Part shown: piece by piece, positions 47,848 through 56,735 of the stretch
Position numbering within the stretch: position 1 is the first letter of the stretch
How the letters are laid out: each line of letters opens with the position of its first letter
IMG/VR virus record: IMGVR_UViG_3300028840_008160
Location: 265,801 to 329,800 of that record
Direction: 5' to 3' (one strand)
DNA length: 64,000 nucleotides
Position numbers and translations under genes: made by a program
Notes under the pieces: model-generated
What the model was told of the DNA's origin: nothing
Database searches by the model: none
What the model saw: only the letters and a program-made list of their open reading frames with translations

Positions 47848-48633
47848 TTGAAAACAACAAAAATTGGTACATTTAAAATATTGTCAAAAACAGATAATAT
47901 TATTGATAATATAGCAACAGCTGCAAGAGTATGTACACAAAAGCAGGACAAGGCATCGCCAGAAACAAATTACAAGTTAGTTAAAAATTTATTGGCTCGA
48001 GGTCATTACGCTATGATTGAATTTGCTGATATGACAGTCGAGTTTTCAAACGTAAGTCGAGGGTTTACTCATGAAATGGTTCGTCATAGGTTATGTTCAT
48101 TTGGTCAACAATCTACAAGATACGTGGATGAGAGTGATCTCCATGTAGTTTTGCCACCGCATAAGGATGAGCACCAACGGACCAAGAGAAGTTCAAAACC
48201 TATTGAGTATTTCCAACTCATAGAAGAGATGTATAAGTCGTTGAGAGAGTCAGGGTATAAGCTTGAAGATGCTCGGCAAGTATTGCCAATTGCTACACAA
48301 TCACAGATTGTGGTCAAGGCCAACCTGAGAGAATGGCGTCACATCTTTGAGATGCGATGTGATTTTTACGCTCACTGGGAAATTAGAAGTGTAATGTTAA
48401 GATTATTAAAATGGGCTAAGCAAGACATACCTCTTATTTTTGATGACTTCTCGTTTTTCCAATCAACAAAAACAAATCAAATATATGCAAAAAAAATTAT
48501 GTCGAAATCACAAATAGAAGATGCATTATCACATTATTTGAAATGTAATCCCGATGTTGATCTCAATCTTCTTTTGGTATCTTCTAAATCTAAACCAGTT
48601 AAAATAGAAATAGAGTCGCGATTGCTCCCGTGA
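47848..48633 (+). CDS. thyX: FAD-dependent thymidylate synthase
   Basis: RGHYAMIEF, THEMVRHRLCSFGQQSTRY, ARQVLP, NLREWRHIFEMR, AHWEIR; SD AAGGAGG before TTG 47848. Confidence 0.95.
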   Translation: MKTTKIGTFKILSKTDNIIDNIATAARVCTQKQDKASPETNYKLVKNLLARGHYAMIEFADMTVEFSNVSRGFTHEMVRHRLCSFGQQSTRYVDESDLHVVLPPHKDEHQRTKRSSKPIEYFQLIEEMYKSLRESGYKLEDARQVLPIATQSQIVVKANLREWRHIFEMRCDFYAHWEIRSVMLRLLKWAKQDIPLIFDDFSFFQSTKTNQIYAKKIMSKSQIEDALSHYLKCNPDVDLNLLLVSSKSKPVKIEIESRLLP

Positions 48634-48707
48634 CTAAAGTCGTGAGCTTTCTTGAGTCATTCTTTGCTTTCATTCAACGACTAAAGCTGTTGGTTTTCAC
48701 GCTCACT

Positions 48708-48730
48708 AAAAAGGCCGCAAAAGCGGCCTT
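48708..48730 (-). terminator. intrinsic terminator for the minus-strand acidic peptide
   Basis: AAGGCCGC-AAAA-GCGGCCTT preceded by A run on + strand. Confidence 0.75.
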
Positions 48731-48768
48731 GAATGAAAGCTTTGACAGATACAGCATTTTTTTAACAT

Positions 48769-48876
48769 TTATTCATCGTCTTCATCATCTTCATCGTCGA
48801 ATTCTTCTTCGTCATCAGTTTCTTCAAATTCTTCTCCTTCAAGCTCATCGACAACATCTTCATCGTCATCTGTCAT
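48769..48876 (-). CDS. 35-aa hyperacidic peptide (not in ORF track)
   Basis: MTDDDEDVVDELEGEEFEETDDEEEFDDEDDEDDE; SD AAGGAG 6 nt upstream; own terminator. Confidence 0.8.
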   Translation of the reverse strand: MTDDDEDVVDELEGEEFEETDDEEEFDDEDDEDDE

Positions 48877-49085
48877 AAGACACTCCTTAGTTAAGGTTTA
48901 GTGAGAGATTTGTTGTTTGAAAAAATCACACAATTTACATGAATAGTAATATTATCAACAGCACTATCAAAGCTGTTTTTAAAATATTGTATAATAATGT
49001 TTTCTTAAGTAATATAAAAATATCTCAATATTTGATAACTCATCTATTTTAACTAATCATCTTAATAATTACAAAGGAATCGTAA

Positions 49086-49703
49086 ATGAATCATCTCGGC
49101 CAAATTCAAAAAGAGTTTGTGAAGGCTGCGTCAGATTGGAACGATTTATCATTTGAAGCTCAACGAGAATATCTTAAGCAGCATCCTGGGTCAAGGAAAA
49201 GATTGACTGCTCAGCCATTATCACCTAGTTCATTTTCGGCAGGTGACGTTGCGTTTGCTGTCGGCGAACTCAAATCAATGACGTCAGAAAAGTTAGAAAA
49301 GATTTTTGCTGAATCTGGTCTTCTTGATATGAGTATGCAAGAAGTCACACTTAAAGATATCAAATTCGGCAAAAATAAAATTACTGCATCATATGATGTT
49401 ATTTGGTATAATGAAAATGAAAATCGTGATGAACGGACTACAAATTTTGTGTCTTGGGATGGTAAGAAATTTATAGCTGATGTATCTGGAGTATCTGAGC
49501 CGCTAGAAGATGAAGATGAAGATGGCGGTTATGTTGAAAACATTACTGCTCATCCAAGATGGTCATTTGATGCTGACAATATGAGAGCAGTTTGGGAATT
49601 ATGGAAAGTAGCACCTGAAACTAAAGCAACAGATGTTCCTACAGCTGAAAAAGAATTGAAAGAATACTTGCACAGACAGATTGATTCAATTTTTAAAGGG
49701 TAG
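49086..49703 (+). CDS. leader-family protein, acidic cargo
   Basis: MNHLGQIQKEFVKAA-SD-WNDLSFEAQREYLKQHPGSRK. Confidence 0.85.
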   Translation: MNHLGQIQKEFVKAASDWNDLSFEAQREYLKQHPGSRKRLTAQPLSPSSFSAGDVAFAVGELKSMTSEKLEKIFAESGLLDMSMQEVTLKDIKFGKNKITASYDVIWYNENENRDERTTNFVSWDGKKFIADVSGVSEPLEDEDEDGGYVENITAHPRWSFDADNMRAVWELWKVAPETKATDVPTAEKELKEYLHRQIDSIFKG

Positions 49704-49706
49704 GCA

Positions 49707-50600
49707 ATGAAATACATAGCACAAATTCAGCAAGAGTTTGCTAAAATCGCAATTTTAGAAGGCGTACGTGAAAGATGGCGTCATTGGTTAGCAAAACAAC
49801 ATTTGCGCCCCGAAGAACTTAGCTGGTGGCGTTCATTATCACGACCAAAACAATTACAGTATATCAAAAAACATCCTCAAACTAGTCTTAGATTTGCTTC
49901 GCATTGGGATGATTTATCTTATGAAGGTCAAGTTCGTTATTTGAAAGTGCATCCAAAGTCAAAAAGAAGAATTACAAAACAAAAAGGCGAAAAAGGTCAG
50001 GACTTTTTCTTACTTGATAGAACATCATTTGGCTGGGATGTAGGGCAAAAAGCTGAATTTCAAGGTAATGCGTTCAACGAGAAAATTACCGATGGTCAAT
50101 TGGTCACTGATCAGCAAATTAGAAATGAAGCAGAACGTATTGTTCGTGAAGCAGAAAGTGAAGTATATCCTGAAGAAAAGAAATTATTTGATGAATATAG
50201 AGAGGATCTTATTCAACACGCTACAGGTAAGATTGAAGAAACTATGGAAAATCCTGAATTTGGTGATGTGTTATCTGACATAGATACAATGGGTGATAAA
50301 CCAGCTGTTGAATGGGATGGACCTTATGGACGACATTGGGAGACATTTAATACTGAAGAAGAAATGCAAGAGACACTTGATAAACATTATTTTGACTATT
50401 TACAACAAACAATTGATCATCTTAATAAGTTAATCGCTGTACGGCCTGATAAACAACAAAAATTACAACCTAAAATAAACGAAGCACAAGTTAAAATGAA
50501 AGAGATTGTTCAAAGACGTCCAGAACTAGGCGACGCGCCTGAGCAGGAACAGATGATGTCGCTTTATGAAAAAGGCAAGCTACAGCCAGAAGATATATAA
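49707..50600 (+). CDS. leader-family protein with two W-boxes
   Basis: MKYIAQIQQEFAKIA...WWRSLSRPKQLQYIKKHP..LRFA-SH-WDDLSYEGQVRYLKVHPKSKR. Confidence 0.85.
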   Translation: MKYIAQIQQEFAKIAILEGVRERWRHWLAKQHLRPEELSWWRSLSRPKQLQYIKKHPQTSLRFASHWDDLSYEGQVRYLKVHPKSKRRITKQKGEKGQDFFLLDRTSFGWDVGQKAEFQGNAFNEKITDGQLVTDQQIRNEAERIVREAESEVYPEEKKLFDEYREDLIQHATGKIEETMENPEFGDVLSDIDTMGDKPAVEWDGPYGRHWETFNTEEEMQETLDKHYFDYLQQTIDHLNKLIAVRPDKQQKLQPKINEAQVKMKEIVQRRPELGDAPEQEQMMSLYEKGKLQPEDI

Positions 50601-50601
50601 A

Positions 50602-50625
50602 AATCTTCGTAATACTGCATGATCT
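50602..50625 (+). promoter_or_regulatory. TGACTA-box promoter candidate (variant)
   Basis: AATCTTCG-TAATACTGCA-TGATCT, ATG 7 nt downstream (50633). Confidence 0.5.
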
Positions 50626-50632
50626 ATACTAC

Positions 50633-50827
50633 ATGACTACATGGGATGATTTTCGACAAGTTTGTGTACATGGAATTCGCGAAGAGCTTGATTCTCATGA
50701 CTGTCTACTATGTCAAGAAATAGCAAGGAAAGCTGGCCTAGATTGTTCAAACGGTAAGACTTACATTTTTACTTCGCAAAAACAAATCGACGAATATCTA
50801 GGAGCATCGAAACAGGTAGACAAATGA
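50633..50827 (+). CDS. hypothetical protein, predicted leaderless
   Basis: no SD; ATG 7 nt after box. Confidence 0.55.
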   Translation: MTTWDDFRQVCVHGIREELDSHDCLLCQEIARKAGLDCSNGKTYIFTSQKQIDEYLGASKQVDK

Positions 50828-51073
50828 ATTCTGTGCCAAAAAAACTGTATAAAATGTGATGATCATCAAACTATTGAAGACCCTGATCCTTATGATTGGT
50901 TTTGTGATGATGATGTAGCTGTTGTTTGTAAACTCGTTAAACAAAAAATAGATCAAACATCACGGCACGCAGCTGATCGACAAGAATTTAAACCTGTTAC
51001 AGTCGGTTGTAGACCACATCACGCTACTAGAGAAACTACTCCTCCTCCTAAATGGTGTCCCAAGAAAAATTGA
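50824..51073 (+). pseudogene. Cys-rich protein broken by an extra A in an A7 run (50838-50844)
   Basis: removing one A gives MNSVPKNCIKC...DPDPYDWFCDDD...GCRP...PKWCP. Confidence 0.65.
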
Positions 51074-51135
51074 GTGAGTAATTATTTCTTAATAGTTCAT
51101 CAAATATAGGATGAACTATTTTCAAAGGAGTAATT

Positions 51136-51384
51136 ATGATGGCTCAAGCGCTTGACATCAACAAACTTAATAGTTTTTATCACGATGGTATTTTGGATGG
51201 CGACATTGTTATGCTTACTAGTGAATATCAAGGTCGCCCAGAAGGCACAACGGGCATCATTGAAATTAGATGGGACGAACAACTTAGATCGCCTGTTCGT
51301 TCTATCCGTTTTGATGAAGATGATTGTGTTTCTGGCATTCAACATGAAGGTCTTGAATATGAGAAATTAGGAGAAGATGCATGA
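51136..51384 (+). CDS. small SH3-like hypothetical protein
   Basis: GDIVML...PEGTTGIIE; SD AAGGAG. Confidence 0.6.
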   Translation: MMAQALDINKLNSFYHDGILDGDIVMLTSEYQGRPEGTTGIIEIRWDEQLRSPVRSIRFDEDDCVSGIQHEGLEYEKLGEDA

Positions 51385-51767
51385 AACATATTACTCAAAT
51401 ACAATATGAGTTTGTAAAGCAAGCTGGCTGGCGTGATCGATCACCTCAATATCAGCGCCAATACTTGAGACGTCATCCCCGGTCTCATCTTAGACCCACG
51501 TTCCCAGGCATGGAAGTCAACATAGATATTGAACCGAGATTTTACGACAAAGCGACAAAGACTTTTTCGTTTGAATTGTCTGATGTTCCAGATGCAGTAC
51601 CGGCTCGTATTGTATTTTTGCGCAATCCAAAAACTGGCGGAAAAGTAATGTTTGCGCATACACATACAGATACTGATGCAACAGATGAAGACGTTTATGG
51701 ATGGAACTATGAAAGTGTGCAAACTAGTCCAAAAGGCAAATACAAACTACTCATGATAAATGACTAA
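51381..51767 (+). CDS. leader-family protein
   Basis: MKHITQIQYEFVKQA-G-WRDRSPQYQRQYLRRHPRSH. Confidence 0.85.
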   Translation: MKHITQIQYEFVKQAGWRDRSPQYQRQYLRRHPRSHLRPTFPGMEVNIDIEPRFYDKATKTFSFELSDVPDAVPARIVFLRNPKTGGKVMFAHTHTDTDATDEDVYGWNYESVQTSPKGKYKLLMIND

Positions 51768-52170
51768 GGTGATAGATGGTAATATGAACGATGAAAAAAT
51801 CATTAATAACGTTATCAAAATGGCTTTGACTTGGGATCAGTGGTCTAAACAAAGACAACTTGAATATCTACAACAGCATCCAGGGTCTAAGAAACATGTG
51901 ACATCTGAGCAACGTAAGATGCAACTGCAATTGCAAATAACAGAAGTTGTTGATAATTTGCGCAAATTACCTTTTATAGATACAGTTAAGATAGATAAGA
52001 ACTTCTATGATGAACCTACAATACATGCTACATCAACACCGGCACCTAAAGGTAAAAAAACGCTAGACACACAATTGGCAATATCATTTTCACCGAAAGA
52101 TCATTCAGTCAAGTTTGAGTCAATATCTGTTAGAAATGATGAGCTTGGCCGGGTTATTCAACGCAAATGA
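51760..52170 (+). CDS. W-box protein with divergent leader
   Basis: MNDEKIINNVIKMA-LT-WDQWSKQRQLEYLQQHPGSKK. Confidence 0.8.
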   Translation: MTKVIDGNMNDEKIINNVIKMALTWDQWSKQRQLEYLQQHPGSKKHVTSEQRKMQLQLQITEVVDNLRKLPFIDTVKIDKNFYDEPTIHATSTPAPKGKKTLDTQLAISFSPKDHSVKFESISVRNDELGRVIQRK

Positions 52171-52316
52171 TTAAAGCATTATTGGACGAAGTTGACGAGA
52201 AAATGCCAATCTATTTGTCAGATCCGTACAACGAAGATTTTTGGAATCATATCGGAAATATATTTCCTCAATACAACTGGCGCTTCGGCAGGTTTGTTGC
52301 TCTTGATTTTTACTAA
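52167..52316 (+). CDS. 49-aa hypothetical protein (not in track)
   Basis: ATGA-coupled; MIKALLDEVDEKMPIYLSDPY...ALDFY. Confidence 0.45.
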   Translation: MIKALLDEVDEKMPIYLSDPYNEDFWNHIGNIFPQYNWRFGRFVALDFY

Positions 52317-52330
52317 TCTCCACGCCTATA

Positions 52331-52354
52331 ATTCTACGCTCACCAGCATGACTA
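52331..52354 (+). promoter_or_regulatory. TGACTA-box promoter candidate
   Basis: ATTCTACG-CTCACCAGCA-TGACTA, ATG 7 nt downstream (52362). Confidence 0.65.
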
Positions 52355-52361
52355 TTAGTAC

Positions 52362-52595
52362 ATGCTGAAATCCTTTGAATTATTGAAAAAGCATCGTGAT
52401 ATTGAGCCGTTCAAAGTTGAATTTTTGAACGGTTTGAACGTTGTAGTGGGCGATAATGGATTTGGCAAATCGACCATGCTGCAAATGATAACTGCTAATC
52501 ATATTGAATTCAAGAAAGGTCAAACGATCTTCAAATGCAAAAGCGACGGTAACAATCGTTATGTCTTCTTTATGGGAAGCTTTTGTTGCTATTGA
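52362..52595 (+). pseudogene. truncated ABC/SMC-type ATPase N-terminus
   Basis: VEF..GLNVVVGDNGFGKSTML Walker A; no Walker B or signature before the stop. Confidence 0.65.
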
Positions 52596-52651
52596 GCCTT
52601 GTTGGGCAATGTTAGGAAAATAAACATTTAAATTTAAACTTAGGAGGTAAT

Positions 52652-53038
52652 ATGAAACCAAAAGTAGGATCTGTCGTTGTATTCAAGCATCAATTATTAC
52701 TTGGTGAACTTGGTCTCATCATCGACAAAGGTTTTATTATTCAGTTTGATAATCAGATCGCTACCGATTGTGAAGAAGTTTCATTTGAAGTAATTGATTA
52801 TGATGCAGATCTACTTTTGGATCCTACGCGACGATACAAACAAGGTGATATGGTCGGTATTTGCAGCGACTGTATGTGCGATTGTCGTATTGTCGCACAG
52901 TTGTCAAATAAACAATACATAATTGAACCTGTTAAGATATATCACTCAAATTCTAAACAGTCAGTGTTTTCAAGTCAAAAGTATTTCATAGTTAAAGAAA
53001 ATCAAATTGTTGTGAAATTATCAAAGGAGAAAAAATGA
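52652..53038 (+). CDS. hypothetical protein
   Basis: SD AGGAGG. Confidence 0.65.
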   Translation: MKPKVGSVVVFKHQLLLGELGLIIDKGFIIQFDNQIATDCEEVSFEVIDYDADLLLDPTRRYKQGDMVGICSDCMCDCRIVAQLSNKQYIIEPVKIYHSNSKQSVFSSQKYFIVKENQIVVKLSKEKK

Positions 53039-53397
53039 ACAGATTTTTATTACTTTGCGTCACTTTATGTATTGTTGCTGGATGCGCTAGATTTAGTGAC
53101 AACATTGCTTCAAAAGGCTCTCTTGTTGGATCCACGAAGGCTCCTTACATTGTTATCAATCAGAGTGGTAACCAAATCATGGATGTTTACAAACTAGAAA
53201 GTGCAATCGTTCAGAGCCCTACTTATAGTGATGGGTGGTTGTTTCTCGATCAAGAAGGTAATCCTATCTTTTTAGGTGGTGATGTTAAAACAATACGATT
53301 GAAGTCTATAAATAGTCCTTTATGGGACAAATATCATGAATATCACATGGAATTTGAATCCAAGACATATCGTGAACTCTATAACGTACCTAAATAA
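53035..53397 (+). CDS. lipoprotein
   Basis: MNRFLLLCVTLCIVAG-C lipobox. Confidence 0.7.
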   Translation: MNRFLLLCVTLCIVAGCARFSDNIASKGSLVGSTKAPYIVINQSGNQIMDVYKLESAIVQSPTYSDGWLFLDQEGNPIFLGGDVKTIRLKSINSPLWDKYHEYHMEFESKTYRELYNVPK

Positions 53398-53786
53398 TGG
53401 ACAAAACTATACAGCGAGTAAAAACAATTGTCGAACTGTTTATTAATTTGCATCTTGAATGTGATGGATTAACGAGAGTAATTCATCACATTCTTGTTAA
53501 AAATGATGTTAGTCATACATGCTATTCAGGCACAGTAGTTTTTAACACAAAACGATTTCCAGTACACTATTGGATTAAATTCAAAAAATATGTGATTGAT
53601 TATCGATTGCGCATGTGGTTTGGTAAATTAGCGCCGCACGGTATTTTTAAACCTGCAAAAAATAACGTTGAGTATAATGGTCGAGAAATTGATTTAACAA
53701 TCAGCGACTCAACGTTTGACATATTAATAGGTAACTATGGTCAAAGAGAAAATCCTGAACAAACGGTGCTTATAGATGAACGGTGA
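53397..53786 (+). CDS. hypothetical protein with possible Cys-His-Asp triad
   Basis: ECDGLTR...HYWI...VIDYRLRMWFG. Confidence 0.5.
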   Translation: MDKTIQRVKTIVELFINLHLECDGLTRVIHHILVKNDVSHTCYSGTVVFNTKRFPVHYWIKFKKYVIDYRLRMWFGKLAPHGIFKPAKNNVEYNGREIDLTISDSTFDILIGNYGQRENPEQTVLIDER

Positions 53787-54909
53787 GTTACTTAAGACAC
53801 CCATAAAAGTTCCTGAAAATCCGTTTTGGGATGTGTTCAAACGGTTTGGGCGTGATGAGATGATTGCTATGGCTGCAAACGTAATAGGCACGGCTATTGT
53901 CGAACAAGTTACTGGCAACATTGGTCTTTCAACAAAAATCCGTGAGATTGTTCTTTCAACTGCAGGTCCTGTAATTGAGAAAATTGGCTTTTTTCCTGCA
54001 CATTTTAAAGACGCTTTAGAGCTTTGTTACTCTACTCCTGTTAAAGACCGGGATCGATTATCAAAATACTTCACAAGGGCTATCAAAGATGGATCGATTA
54101 GTCTGAGTGAAGACATCCTCGTTCATGATCCACTTTATATTATGTTTATGTTTGTGGGCATGAGATTGTATCCGAGCACGCCTGCGTGGTTGTTAGCTAC
54201 AGTAAGTTTCGTTGTTGCTATGTTCATAGTCGCAGTTGGCGAAGTAGGAGTAAATGAGCTTCGATATTTATTGAAGCAGCTGCAACTTAAGCGATTAGGG
54301 TTCGAGAGCGAGAAATATTACGAAACTCGATTTTTTATTGACGCAAAACAAGATCCTAACATTTTGCTTATGCATATGGCACAACAGTTTAACTTGCCAA
54401 TTAAAGAAGTAGGTAACTATCGCGATGTTTATTTTAGTCATAAATTTCCGAGATATTCAGGTAGAGACGCTAAACTCAGACTTAGACAACGAACAATAGA
54501 AGATAGAACCGTGCAAACGGTTCAAATAGTATATCGACGCACTGCAGAATCAAAATCAGAAACCTGTCAATTTAGATTTTTTCCGCAAGAGAAGCATAAG
54601 TACTATTTCGTACTTGATCAAAAGATGCCAAAGACTTTGGTCGAGATTGATAACGATTTTGTACGGCCATATCTTTTGAATGTGCAAGACTCACCAAGTA
54701 TGAAATTTGTTAATTTTAGTCGTACAATAGCTAGAAACACACCAAATGGTCTATTCGTGTCAGTTGATAATATTAGAGATGTTCGACCATTTTATTTAGT
54801 TGAAATCAAAGTATATAAAGACATAAAGTTACTTAAGGAAGCGATGAGATTTATAATGACTCAGTTTCCAGTGACGCAAATTACGTATGGCAAGGAAGAG
54901 ATTTTGTGA
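53776..54909 (+). CDS. membrane-anchored protein with CYTH-like C-terminal domain
   Basis: TM segments; YETRF...YRDVYF...KLRLRQR...SVD...LVEIK. Confidence 0.5.
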   Translation: MNGELLKTPIKVPENPFWDVFKRFGRDEMIAMAANVIGTAIVEQVTGNIGLSTKIREIVLSTAGPVIEKIGFFPAHFKDALELCYSTPVKDRDRLSKYFTRAIKDGSISLSEDILVHDPLYIMFMFVGMRLYPSTPAWLLATVSFVVAMFIVAVGEVGVNELRYLLKQLQLKRLGFESEKYYETRFFIDAKQDPNILLMHMAQQFNLPIKEVGNYRDVYFSHKFPRYSGRDAKLRLRQRTIEDRTVQTVQIVYRRTAESKSETCQFRFFPQEKHKYYFVLDQKMPKTLVEIDNDFVRPYLLNVQDSPSMKFVNFSRTIARNTPNGLFVSVDNIRDVRPFYLVEIKVYKDIKLLKEAMRFIMTQFPVTQITYGKEEIL

Positions 54910-55401
54910 GTCGTGATAATCCAGAACGCGCGAAAGGAGATATCATGAAAGAGCAACTGAAATGCGCGTGTCCTAAGTGTGGCTCATTAGAAAACAATGG
55001 AAAGACTTTTGAAGTTTCGTTAAAAAAAGGATTTTGTTCTAAATGTGGATTTACTCTAGAGCCAGTATTTAGTCAGCCATGGTGCATGTGCGAAACTGTT
55101 ACATATGTTGCTCGTGACGGATTTGCTACATGCTCGCAATGCGGTGGTAAAGACGCATACAAATCTAGTTCCAATCGACCACTTGAAAACAAAATGACAA
55201 AAATAGGAGACAATAAATGGGTAAAATCAAGTCAATAATAAAATATGTTGGCTGGATTTTTCGCGGAAAGCCGACAAAAACGTATATTGGTGGTTGGTGT
55301 GGACTTTGTGGTAAATGGCTTGCTGATGCAAAGTTTATTCGTCCAGATTATTATCGTTTTGAACATGCTATTTTGGGTGATGCTGTTACAATATGTGATG
55401 A

Positions 55402-55686
55402 GTGTTCAAAATGACAAATCAAACAATAAAGCCAGGTGACATTTATGAAGATTGTAGTTATCATCCTGTTCTTTGTACTAACACAGATGACGATGAAATA
55501 GAAGGCATATCATTAATAGATGGTTCTAGTCCGCGATGTTGCAGTTTAAGTCATTGTAATGTAACGAAACTTTCACTTAAAGAAGCTATACATATAAAAG
55601 AACATGGACCAACGCAAGAAAAGAAAGACCATATTAAAGCATTAGAATTACAAGGTTGGTCGTTTACAAAATGGTGGAGTCAATGA
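55402..55686 (+). CDS. hypothetical protein
   Basis: GDIYEDCSYHPVLC...GISLIDGS.PRCCSL.HC. Confidence 0.55.
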   Translation: MFKMTNQTIKPGDIYEDCSYHPVLCTNTDDDEIEGISLIDGSSPRCCSLSHCNVTKLSLKEAIHIKEHGPTQEKKDHIKALELQGWSFTKWWSQ

Positions 55687-56417
55687 AATATTTTCATAAA
55701 AATAGTCAACAAACTGGCCCAACGAGCTCTTATGCTGTCGTGACTGCTTGTATTGGCGAAAAATTTGAACAACTTGCTGAATTAACAATGCCAACGCTTA
55801 AAGCATACGCCAATAGTATTGATGCTGACTTTGTCGTAATTGACGAAAAGAAAATTTCTGTCAAATATACAATGTACGAAAAATATCAGATTTATGATGT
55901 TTTGGGAGAGTATGACCGTATTATTTATGTAGATTTAGATATCATCATCAGGAATGACTGTCCAAATCTTTTTGATATCGTGCCCGATTCAAAACTCGGA
56001 CTTTTTGATGAAGGTCGGTTTATGCAGTGCGCTGACATAATATATGAAGCAATGAAAATTCATAATATTAATTGTCCTGAATGGCATGAACAATCGTATA
56101 ATGCAGGTCTTATTGTTGCGTCAAAACAACATCGTAATTTATTTGTTAAACCAAAAATTGAAGTCAAAATGTATGGACCGTATCCGCATTATGATCAACC
56201 TCATTTAACTTTGAAAATATTAACAGAAGGTTATGAAGTGTTTGAACTTGATTGTAGATTTAATAGAATGCAAGTAGTTGACAGTCATATTAAAGATTCG
56301 CCATTAAATGCATATATAGTTCATTTTGCAGGACTTTCTAATAATCTACATTTTTTTGATATTGTTAAATCTGCAATTGACATATGGAAAAGGAATGGGA
56401 TGATTTATGCAAGTTGA
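55683..56417 (+). CDS. glycosyltransferase family 8-like protein
   Basis: KYQIY...YDRIIYVDLDIII (DxD), YNAGLIV, DQPHL, IVHFAG. Confidence 0.75.
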   Translation: MKYFHKNSQQTGPTSSYAVVTACIGEKFEQLAELTMPTLKAYANSIDADFVVIDEKKISVKYTMYEKYQIYDVLGEYDRIIYVDLDIIIRNDCPNLFDIVPDSKLGLFDEGRFMQCADIIYEAMKIHNINCPEWHEQSYNAGLIVASKQHRNLFVKPKIEVKMYGPYPHYDQPHLTLKILTEGYEVFELDCRFNRMQVVDSHIKDSPLNAYIVHFAGLSNNLHFFDIVKSAIDIWKRNGMIYAS

Positions 56418-56682
56418 TCTTGAACTTAAACCTATTGAATGGTCATCAACTCAAGGTTGTACATATGTTAATGATGAATGGATTTTGCTTTATCAACTTA
56501 ATGATCAGAATTTTTCTGCAGAATGTGTGTTTATAAAATGTTCAAAGCTTGATGCAAAACATGGACTATGCAGAGATATACGATATGAAACAGGTGAGTT
56601 TCTTACTATGGAAGAAGCAAAACAAGCATGCGAAGCTCATTTTCGTGAACTTATGCTTAAAGCATTTCTTCAAGTTGTATAG
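56407..56682 (+). CDS. hypothetical protein (frame continues past TAG to an ATGA overlap at 56736-56739)
   Basis: TAG 56680-56682 followed by VLNEELRRLSPTTKR, TAG, KR, TGA. Confidence 0.55.
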   Translation: MQVDLELKPIEWSSTQGCTYVNDEWILLYQLNDQNFSAECVFIKCSKLDAKHGLCRDIRYETGEFLTMEEAKQACEAHFRELMLKAFLQVV

Positions 56683-56735
56683 GTTTTGAATGAAGAATTA
56701 CGGCGATTATCACCAACAACAAAAAGGTAGAAAAG

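Noticed and set aside
48630-48878. Plus-strand 82-aa ORF rich in His/Arg/Leu
   Set aside because: Shadow of the minus-strand acidic peptide and its terminator.
263-52170. Leader family as DGR targets, IS ends or DNA repeats
   Set aside because: No reverse transcriptase or transposase in the window; copies differ mainly at synonymous sites rather than adenine-specific positions; no inverted repeats or target duplications.
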